This document shows, in pieces, positions 54,201-64,000 of a stretch of 64,000 nt of DNA. How positions within the stretch are numbered: the stretch's first letter is position 1; every line of letters starts with the position of its first letter. Origin of the DNA: Eledone cirrhosa. Lineage: Eukaryota. The translations under genes were made by a program, and so were the position numbers. The stretch lies in assembly GCA_964016885.1 (NCBI GenBank), contig OZ024742.1:122388001-122452000 (forward strand), in the 5' to 3' direction. The notes beneath the pieces are model-generated. The model saw nothing but the letters and a program-made list of their open reading frames with translations, had not been told where the DNA came from and made no database searches.

Positions 54201-55382
54201 TTGCTTGCCTTCCTTAAGTCGTCCACGTTGTGGCCCCAGGTGAAGACTTTGTATTGAGCACAAAGTGACAACATGTCTGCAGAATTTGCTCAGAACATTT
54301 TAGCTCTTGGTGAGGGCAAGGTCCCTGCGGATGACAAGGGCGGCATAGCAATCGACTCCCTGTGCAACATTGTGAGCAGCCCTTCTTACCTTCGGGAGGC
54401 AGTTTTTCCTAATGTCTCATCTAACCTTAAAAACTTCGATTGGCTCAGCGAATGAGCCATCCTTGCTCCGAAAAATGCCATGGTTAATTTTATTAACGAG
54501 CAGCTGATTGAGAAAATTCCCGGTAAAGAGCACATCTTCAAATCTATCGACCGGACGTCAGACCCCGACAATATCGTTAATTATCCGGTTGAGTTATTAA
54601 ATTCCCTTGAGCCTCCAGGGTTCCCACCTTACATTCTTAAGCTTAGGGTTGGATGTCTCATTATACTAATAAGGAACTTGCGCCCACCAAAGCAGTGCAA
54701 CGGTACTCGCACGGTCGTCAAGTCAATGACGACCCACTTGATTGAGGCCACCATTGTAACGGGGTGCGGGAGAGGGGAGAATGTTTTCATTCCAAGGATG
54801 AACCTTTTCCCCTCGGCGTCAGATATCCCGTTCGATTTCCGTCGATCCCAATTCCCGATGAGACCATGGTTTGCCATGTTCAGTAACAAGTCACAAGGGC
54901 AAACATTGCGGACATCCATTTGGGGGAGCCATGCTTCTCCCATGGTCAACTTTTTGTTGCCTGTTCCCACGTAGGGAGCAGGAATGCACTTTTTGCTTAC
55001 ACTCCTCAAGGGATGACACGCAATATCGTCTACAAAGAGGTGCTATAGATGTTGGTGCAGGTGTTGGAGGTGTTGCAGCTATGCCGTCTGGAAAACTATT
55101 TCCTGGTAGGGTCACCCATGGCGGACAGATGTGAAACCCAGCGGCATCAGGGCCACCATCTTGCAACTTTGGTCTGCTAAATTCGCTATTGGAAGATTAT
55201 TAACCCATCATTGATTGTCCAAAATGCTAATTGGTTTGTAACTTTTAATAACCGGTTCAACTTTTAATAACCGGCTTTATGCACTTAATTGATAAGCTTA
55301 TTCGCTTTCAAGCCACGTTTACCTGTATGTAACTTTTCATAGCAAATGAATAAACCCGAGCAACGCCGGGCTAAACTGTTAG
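51205..55382 (+). mobile_element. Helitron, defective, with both termini recognisable
   Basis: 5' end A|TCTCTCTATATATAAAA. 3' GC hairpin CCCGAGCAACGCCGGG (55355-55370), then TTAG|T (decayed CTAG). RepHel remnants lie inside. Confidence 0.88.
52190..55047 (+). pseudogene. Helitron RepHel (HUH Rep plus PIF1-type helicase), frameshifted
   Basis: DLIARVF, EWQKRGLPHAHILIW, YRRR, NAHTNVEFCNSVKSIKYICKYVNKG, LDAPGG(T)GKT, SSGIAATL, RTAHSTFKLP, DECTM, FRQTLPVI, CNGTR, NKSQGQT, NIVYKEVL. Confidence 0.95.
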
Positions 55383-55536
55383 TAAATTGATAAATATATT
55401 TCTTGCTTAATATTCAGGCTTTGTCGAAAAAAAAAGTATTGGATTAAATCGCTTGTAACAATCGTAAATCTAATTACAACTAGCGATTTTGACGAGCATT
55501 AAAATGTGTCACCACTTCAGTTACAGCAACGACACA

Positions 55537-55570
<34 letters not shown>
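55537..55570. repeat. (TAC)n microsatellite
   Basis: Seen directly. Confidence 0.9.
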
Positions 55571-55958
55571 GAGGTTGCCCATAAAAATACAGCTCCCCAA
55601 TACAAGGAAAAATACGATCACATTCTACATATGTTTGTTCCCGGAAGATGGAAACTAGCCTTGACTCTACTTGAATCTGAATGAACACAATTAAATGGAA
55701 TGTATGCTTTATTTAGGGTACTATACCTTATCATTAGGATCGTTGCAGCTATAACCAAACAAACATTAAATTGTAACTGGTAAAACCATTTAAATATTTT
55801 CGGTTTCAGATCCCATTTTTTAGCGGAAAAGTTACTATATTCATGATTTAATGACTCTCGACTGCACACACATCATAATGCAACAACGTTAATTACAATT
55901 CATACATTTCCTTAGAGTGTATCTGTTTGTGCCTCTCTATGGCACCGTTGTAATAATA

Positions 55959-57400
55959 ATTTCATTTATTCGCCACAAGGGCCGACATATAAGTGACAAT
56001 TCAAAAGACAGGGACCATAGGGGTTTACATATACAACGTGTAAACAATATAGATAATAATAACAGAATAAGAATAAAAATAGAACAAGGAAGATTCCCCA
56101 ATAGGGGGGATAACGATGCAGGGTTCACTCAGGTACCCCACCAATCGCGAACCAGCCGACGCTTCGAAAGCACCCAGGAAGGGAACCCATCTCCTCCTCG
56201 AATTCAGAACCTACAGGCGCATGATCGGAGTAGGCCCATTCACACGGGCCATTCTCGCCACATTCACACACATTTCAGCAAATGTACTGGGGGGCAGCAC
56301 TTCTCTCTCCACACTCACCGTCCTTTCCAAGGGAAACTTGAAAAAGTTGATGAGGGATTGGCCGAAGAGAAAAGTGTCAGTCTTCAGGCCTTTCAACCTG
56401 GTCCACCATACAACCTGCCACCAGACAGAAAAGAAGCCGGCGGGTCGATCTTCACTATAGACACGGCCGATAGCCGGATCCGTTCTACACGCGACAACAG
56501 ATTTTCGACATAACTCCACAAGTCAGTAATGCACGGACACTGGACAATTGCGTGCAGAACGGTTTCGTCGCTCTGCCCGCATCTTGGCCAGGTCCATCTG
56601 ACAACACTTCCGGGCCTGTAGAGTTTATCTCGAACCGGCAGTGATCCCCGGTAGCACTGCCAAGTGAGGGATTTTTGGAATTTATCCATCGTCCCCGGCT
56701 CGAAAGTCCCCCGGAACAGACTGGTTACTTCGACTTCGTCGACGCCCAGAGCCTCTCCGAGTGCGTCGTCACACTTTCCCACCACTAATTCTCTATAGAA
56801 CTCGAGAGTGGAAGTTCCACTGACCGCATTGTCCACCTGGTAGAGGGCAGTGAGTGCCTGGCAACATTCCAGATGCCGGTCATCCAGTCTCGCACTCTTC
56901 TTGACCCAGGACTGCAGCTCAGTCAAAGAGACGAGCTGCGGAAAGGCTCGTCTGACAAAGGGCGACCACACCTGTTCACCGTTTAGCCAGAATATCTGGA
57001 GATGCCGCAGCCTCAGTCCATATCTGCGCATCATTAGCCACGGCATGCCCAGCCCTCCACATAGAGAGTGCTGGCAGCAGATGGCCCGCCTCACCAACGG
57101 AACCTGTCCCCTCCATAAGAATTTGAAGAGGAGCCGTTCCAAGTTGGCGAGGCGCGAATGGGGGCAAGGGACGACGGTAAGGCGGTAGTAGATGACGGAC
57201 ACTGTGTACGCGTTCGCCACCTCCGACCGTTCTTTCAATGATAGCTTCCGTGCAGCCCATTCTGGGTCTTCCCTGCCCGTCACCTCGTCCTAATTCTTAT
57301 CCACCTGGAGGTCTGGCCCGAAACAAACCCCGAGCAACTTTACTCGCCCGTCCGTCCAGCGCCCAAAGACGCTGTTGGACGGCATGGACATGCCTCTCCA
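55959..57400 (-). mobile_element. 5'-truncated L1/Tx1-type LINE (end of RT plus zinc-finger region) with target-site duplication
   Basis: WAARKLSLKER..VAN, FLWRG, GGLG.P, LPVRDKL, PRCGQSDETVLHA..QC. 3' end AATAAA...ATTATTA. Flanked by gcac(c/a)gttgtaataata at 55942-55958 and 57401-57417. Confidence 0.9.
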
Positions 57401-57506
57401 GCACAGTTGTAATAATATGACTTAATAATTTTATTAAAACTCGTCCTATCGACTTGAGTTGTTCTATACCTTGGATATCTTTACGAAACTACTCTACTAC
57501 AGCTAT

Positions 57507-57507
<1 letters not shown>

Positions 57508-57588
<81 letters not shown>

Positions 57589-57597
57589 ACACCCACA

Positions 57598-57646
<49 letters not shown>

Positions 57647-57650
57647 CTAT
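57508..57650. repeat. (CA)n(TA)n microsatellite
   Basis: Seen directly. Confidence 0.95.
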
Positions 57651-57721
57651 ACATACAAGTAGTTCCACAACAGTTAGTTCACCATACCGAGAACAAATAT
57701 TTAAACTTATGTGGGTCGGAC

Positions 57722-57775
<54 letters not shown>

Positions 57776-57943
57776 AAGAATTAGTATATCTGACAACATA
57801 TATATACAGATGTATACCTATGCAAGCAAATATATAGGTTTTGTCTTAGTAACGTTGTGGTTCAATGCAAGGGGATGCAGAACAATTATATGAAAAACGT
57901 AAAATAAGAAAATTATAGTAATTAGCTTACTTACTTAAATTTC

Positions 57944-58014
57944 ACTCCAACTAATTAGTTTCTGAAAGGGAATATACTTGAGATCAAGGAGAAACCTATT
58001 CGTCATCAGGGAGT
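57944..58014 (-). ncRNA. Type I hammerhead-like motif
   Basis: Minus strand: actcc-CTGATGA-cgaatagg...ccctttca-GAAA-ctaattag-TT-ggagt. Perfect 5-bp stem I and palindromic stem III ACTAATTAGT. Stem II closure is non-canonical. Confidence 0.6.
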
Positions 58015-58658
58015 CATTCTCAGCTAAGAAATCTGGCGATGCGTGGACACAGGGAACTTATACAAAAATATTCAGTGGATGGTAAAGAGCAAGCGGGGAC
58101 TAAATTCGAAGACACTGAAAAAAAATCACTGCCTTCTTGTTCGGTGTCAAATTCAAAAGAATCAATCACGTGACATCGAGGTTAATCAGTGAGGAGTGGG
58201 GTGTTAAATAGACAGTAGCCAAGCTGTTACTATGAACTATAGTAGTAATTTTGGCAAATTTTTGCTCAACAGAATAATTTGGAGATAATTATAAAGAATT
58301 AGTATATCTACCAACATATATATACAGATGTATACCTATGCAAGCAAATATATAGGTTTTCTCTTAGTAACTTTGTGGTTCAATGCAGGGGATGCAGAAC
58401 AATTATATGAAAAACGTAAAATAAGAAAATGATAGTAATTAGCTTACTTACATAAATTTCACTCCAACTAATTAGTTTCTGAAAGGGATTAACCTCGATG
58501 TAACGTGATTGATTCTTTTGAATTTTCCACCGAACAAGGAGGCAGTGATTTTTTTCAGTTTCTTCGAATTTAGTCCCCGCTTGCTCTTTTCCATCCACTG
58601 AATATTTTTGTATAAGTTCCCTGTGTCCACGCATCGCCAGGTATCTTAGCTGAGAATG

Positions 58659-58730
58659 ACTCCCTGATGACGAAAAGGTTTCTCCATGATCTCCATGTAT
58701 ATTCCCTTTCAGAAAGTAATTAGTTGGAGT
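58659..58730 (+). ncRNA. Type I hammerhead-like motif
   Basis: actcc-CTGATGA-cgaaaagg...ccctttca-GAAA-gtaattag-TT-ggagt. Confidence 0.55.
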
Positions 58731-59274
58731 GAAATTTAAGTAAGTAAGCTAATTACTATAATTTTCTTATTTTACGTTTTTCATATAATTGTTCTGCATC
58801 ACCTTCCATTGAACCACAAAGTTACTAAGACAAAACCTATATATTTGCTTGCATAGGTATACATCTGTATATCTATGTTGGTAGATATACTAATTCTTTA
58901 TAATTAACTCCAAATTATTTTGTTGAGCAAAAATTTGCCAAAATTACTACTATAGTTCATAGTAACAGCTTGGCTACTGTACTTTTAACACCCCACTCCT
59001 CTTTGATTAACCTCGATGTCACGTGATTGATTCTTTTGAATTTACCACCGAACAAGAAGGCAGTGATTTTTTTCAGTGTCTTCGAATTTAGTCCCCGCTT
59101 GCCTTTTCCATCCACTGAATATTTTTGTATAAGTTCCCTGTGTCCAGCATCGCCAGGTATCTTAGCTTAGAATGACTCCCTGATGACGAATAGGTTTCTC
59201 CACGATCTCCATGTATATTCCCTTTCAGAAACTAATTAGCTAATTACTATAATTTTCTTATTTTTCGTTTTTCA

Positions 59275-59431
<157 letters not shown>

Positions 59432-59617
59432 TTCAATGGTAGCTATGATGCTTCCATAGGCGGTATGCCAGATGAGCACTATATGTTCTTACAGAGCAGA
59501 TTGTGATATAATATAAAACGAGAAATCAGTAATGTATCTTGACTCAGTTTATTGTGTTACAATTGTTTATATACAGTAAAAAGGGCTTCAGAATGCTAAG
59601 TTTTGCAAACTGTATTT

Positions 59618-62600
59618 CGAGTTAATCAGACAAAGTTGGAATTCCTTTTATTAATATCATCTTCTATACCCAATCATACACACCCGTGTATATTTATTTA
59701 CATATATATATCTATATTCCTATTGTGTATATGCCAACATGTCTGGAAAGCAACAAATGAAATCAACAGAATCAGAAAGAATCCTAAAGGAGATATCATC
59801 GAAATTATCAACACTTATCACGAGGATTGACGCACAGTCCTCTATTTTAAAGGAAATAGAAAAACAATCTACAGACGGAAAACTTATAACTGAATATATA
59901 AACTCTGAAATTAAGAATTTAGCTGAAATTATACCAACAGTTATCAAAGATACAAGAGAAAGCCTACGACAACCCCCTTGGATGTCAGAACTAAACCAAA
60001 GAAATTTGGAAAACGAAACACATCGAATAAGAAAAGAAATGTGGAAGACATGGAAAAATGTCTTAACATAAGAAAACAAAACTTCTGGAAAACATACACA
60101 TGCGAAAATTATGTCGAAGCACATTCGAAATGGCTCTTTGTAACGGCACCCATACTCCCTAGTAAATACCTAATTAAAGAAATTGCAGGAGAGCCAGAAG
60201 AAGAAACAAAACTCCGATGTGAACTTACATTGGCAAAATTCAGGACCGACATCTCCATTACTCTATGTAAACAATCCCGCCAAGTACGAAGCTATGAATG
60301 ACCAAACTGAAGTAGAAATCTCAAAGCTAACGACTGAAAATATAGCTGAAAAACTACCAGAACTATGGATCAGAGATATCTCAAAAGAAGAAAGCAAATC
60401 AAGAAAGTTATGGCAGCAGAAACAATTAGTTCTCGACGAATATGCTGCAAATTACTGTAAAGACTCTGGAACTCTGAGAAAAAACATTAAAAGTGGACAA
60501 TCTCGCCAACACAACATACGCCAGAACACGTGGCAACACAGACACTCACCTCACCTTGAATAAAAAAGAACTACGGTAAGAACTCTTCGCTTTTTCTACA
60601 AAAACACCCTAGCGCACACAGCATGAACAAAAAGCCCAAACACGATAAATATTCCTTTGACAAGACAATGAGAAGTAGAAAAACCAGATCATTCTCAAGA
60701 TCTCAACAAAGACTACCCACAAGGAACGGAGAAAAAACCGTAGATTAACCAGATCGCTTTCAAGATCTCAACAGAGATTACCCACAGAAACTGGGCGAAG
60801 AAACCATATAAACATGAAAGCAAACTTAGATTGTTAAAAATAGTACTAACAAGAAATGGAAAAATGATATACATAATACCAAAAAAAGGACAAAAAGCAT
60901 AACGAAACTAAATATAATATCACGACCAAAAGTTCATCAAGCAAACACCAACAGGAATATAAATCCTGAACAGAGAAAAATCCATTTTTTAACGTCAGGA
61001 CAACAAAAACCGGTAAAAGAAAAACTCCAGCGGGAAACATACCCAAAACAACTGAACACGTAGATCCTAAAATAATTAATTTATCCAAAAGAAATGTTGA
61101 CAATGATGAAATGCAAATTCTGTCAAAAGGACTGAAACTCACACCGACCCCAACAGTCAATCACCAAGAATTAAAGGTGGATACCCAAAAATTCTGTCGT
61201 AAACTACGACTAGTAGAATTCTTCGCTGATAAAAGTAATGAGAGTGATGAATCACTAGTAAAGAATAAATCAAATTTCACTCCGCCAAAAGAAAGAAATA
61301 TCTCCCTCGACCGATACATTGATATCGTGTCTAAATTTCCTCTTAGACGTAATACTAATGTTTGGCAAAACATTAACAGATCGGAAATGTCTGCACTTAA
61401 ACGTATACAAAATGATAAAACAATAATAATTAAACAAGCAGATAAAAGGGGTGCAATTGTTATAACAGATACTGAACACTACAAAGATTTGGTTGAGGAA
61501 CAACTGAAAAACACAACATTCTACTATGAAATACCGTCAAATATAAACCACAACATCATGAAGAAGATCAACAACCTGGCTTCAAAATACCACAACTCAC
61601 TTACTGATAAGGAAAGAGACTACATCACCAATTTTGAGCCAAAACCCAGCAACCTGTATGGCTCACCGAAAATTCATAAGTCAAAAAAATCCAACTGGCA
61701 GTAAAAGAACAAAAAGGTGAGTACATTAAATTACTACACCCAAAAGACTTAAAACTTAGACCTATTATAACTGGTCCAACATGCCCTAGCCACAATTTAA
61801 GCAATTTTGTTGACATTATTCGGAAACCACTATGTATTCACATACCCAATTTCATCCGGGATGATATCGACTTCCTGTCCCATCTTCCCAAAACCACGGA
61901 AGCGAATTCACTTCTACTTAGTTTTGATGTGGTAAGGTAAGTCTTTACACCAACATTACACATTATTTAGGAGTAAAGGCGGTTTAAATACTGAGTGAAA
62001 GAACATAGAGAAGTGATTCCCACCAGATTCACAGCGCCATTTATATTAGACGCAGTCAAACTTATTCTGGAAAACAACACTTTCTTCTTCAATGGAAAGA
62101 ATTACATCCAAATTAGAGGCACAGCGATGGGAACGAAGTTTTCTCCCGTTTACGCGTACTCTGTATTGGGATACTTAGAACAACAACTCTACCAAGAAAT
62201 CGAGGAAAAGTATAGCACTGAATTTAGAAAGTATATTGAAATGTGTTGGAATAGATACCTTTACGACAGTTTCAACATCTGGACATAATCTCTAGAAACT
62301 CTGGATGAGTTAAATATCCTCCAGAATAACCTACACCCATCTCCCCAATTTACAAAAGAGACGAGTAGTATCAAATTGCCATTCCTAGATATAATGGTAA
62401 TCAAAAACTACACCACCATTATCACGGATATATACTATAAACACACAGACACCCATCAATATCTGAATTTATGCCGTGCCATTCACCTCATACAAAACGC
62501 AACATCCCATACTGCCTAGCCAGAAGAATTTGTACCATTGTAGAAGATACAAATACCAGGAACAAACGCCTAACATAACAGAGAATTTTTGCTCAAACAA

Positions 62601-63830
62601 AAATACCCATTTCTACTTATAGCAAATGGCATATAGAGGGCTATAAAAATACCTATACAACAACTTAGGACAACCCAAGGAAGAAGAAACCAAGAATTGG
62701 TCATACCATTTATAATGACATACAACCCATGTCACCAGAATATCTTCAACACTACCAAAGCAAACCTACCGATCATTGCTCAAAGTAATGAATTAAAAGG
62801 TTTAATCACAGACAGAGCTTTGTCTCTTAGTAAAAGACAGCCGAAAAATTAGAAGCAATTACTAACACAGGCAAAATTTGACCTTAACAACAAAGACCAA
62901 TCATTCAGTGTATCTAAATGTAATGATAGTCGATGTGGCACATGTCAGTTCATACATACTGGTCAATATACGAACACAAAAACTGGAAAAATATTCCTAA
63001 ATGCAAATATGAACTGCAAAAGCAGAAATCTAATTTACTGCATTAAGAAAAAATTGTGAAGAAATATATGTCCGTCAAACTGGAAATGCACTATCGGAAC
63101 ATGCACGGGTGCACCGACAGCAAATCAGAGACCCCAAAGTGTGTCAGATAACCCTGAGCAACATGTGGTCAGAAAATGTTTATAATATTTCCATTCTACA
63201 AACTACACAGCCCAAGTGAAATCAAGAGAAAAATTAAACAAAATAATTTTATTGATAAATTCCAACCCAAGCTAAATGAAAAATAATAATGCTTAGGGGT
63301 ATTACTTCTTATGACTACGCCTACGACCATGTCGACTACCACCACTAACAACAACAACAACAACAATAATAATAATAAAAGTGATGTTGATAGTGATGAT
63401 TACTGAAGATTCTTTATAAAAACCATAGACAATGCCATTTTCATCATTTCTAAGAATAGCAAAACATTTGATGCTTTGTATAGGGTCAAATAGAAGTCGT
63501 TAGATATGTTCAACCAACCGTGACGCCTAAACCAATCAGCTTTAGTGATCTAATGAAACCACACACCGATTGGTCGAAATACAGTTTGCAAAACTTCGCA
63601 TTCTGTAGCCCCTTTTTACTGTATATGAGGCACACATTTTGGCCATCACCACCACTGACAGTACTTGTTGAATTAACTTTTAATATTCTACCATACTATT
63701 TCATTATAATATCATTATAATTTTAAAGGATTGTAAATAAAACGAGTTAATCAGACAAAGTTGGAATTCCTTTTATTATTATTATCTTTATACACAATCA
63801 ATACACACCCGTGTATATTTATTTATATAT
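59618..63830 (+). mobile_element. Penelope-like element (Neptune-like), near full length, disrupted, with a partial direct terminal repeat
   Basis: LSKGLKLTPTP, IIKQADKRGAIVI, LYGSPKIHK, LRPII, FDV..LYTNI, QIRGTAMGTKFSPVYA, LPFLDI, linker KCNDSRCGTC, GIY-YIG NCKSRNLIYCI...YVRQTG...RVHRQQI. cgagttaatcagacaaagttggaattcc...acccgtgtatatttattta occurs at 59618 and 63743. Confidence 0.92.
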
Positions 63831-64000
63831 ATCTATCTATCTATATATATATATAAAATATTTAAAAAATAAATGAATAAAACAATAAAACAGTTCCTTA
63901 TATTAAACAAAAAAAGTTCATTATTTAACGATCGTTTCTGGGATATATATATGTTAGAATTGGCATGTATATTTAACAGATCTATGTACAAAATTATACA

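Noticed and set aside
57840-58185. Exon-intron-exon reading of the 518-bp unit (ttag...aac/gtaaaa...actaat...aaag)
   Set aside because: Copies disagree by indels and no recognisable protein results. The hammerhead on the opposite strand explains the conserved motifs better.
61930-61945. Splice donor gtaaggtaagt in the PLE RT
   Set aside because: It is better explained as a 5-bp tandem duplication disrupting the FDV.SLY motif.
63398-63475. Hammerhead in the 3' UTR of the Neptune-like PLE (CTGAAGA ttctt...aagaa...aaaac)
   Set aside because: The GAAA box is missing and pairing is weak. It may be decayed but I cannot support it.

Overview
AT-rich, microsatellite-dense eukaryotic DNA with no host protein-coding gene that I can support. 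The tRNA-headed SINE family and the repeat mix resemble octopod cephalopod genomes; that is recognition from memory, not a search result. Identifiable coding sequence is almost all decayed transposon: an R4/Dong-type LINE, two L1/Tx1-type LINE remnants, RTE and CR1-type fragments, a Helitron that keeps both termini, two Penelope-like elements (PLEs; one Naiad-like, one Neptune-like), and about 20 SINE copies. The most interesting layer is non-coding. Several minimal type I hammerhead ribozyme motifs sit in inverted-arm elements that end in (TA)n tracts. One of these (57772-59277) is an ORF-less 518-bp unit, repeated in tandem and folded back, with a hammerhead motif per unit, i.e. a retrozyme-like candidate. 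Other notable structures are a 37-bp satellite and a 90-bp Ala/Thr-coding minisatellite inside a Tx1-type element, and four closely spaced inverted SINE pairs. All coordinates were read by eye and none of this has been computed.
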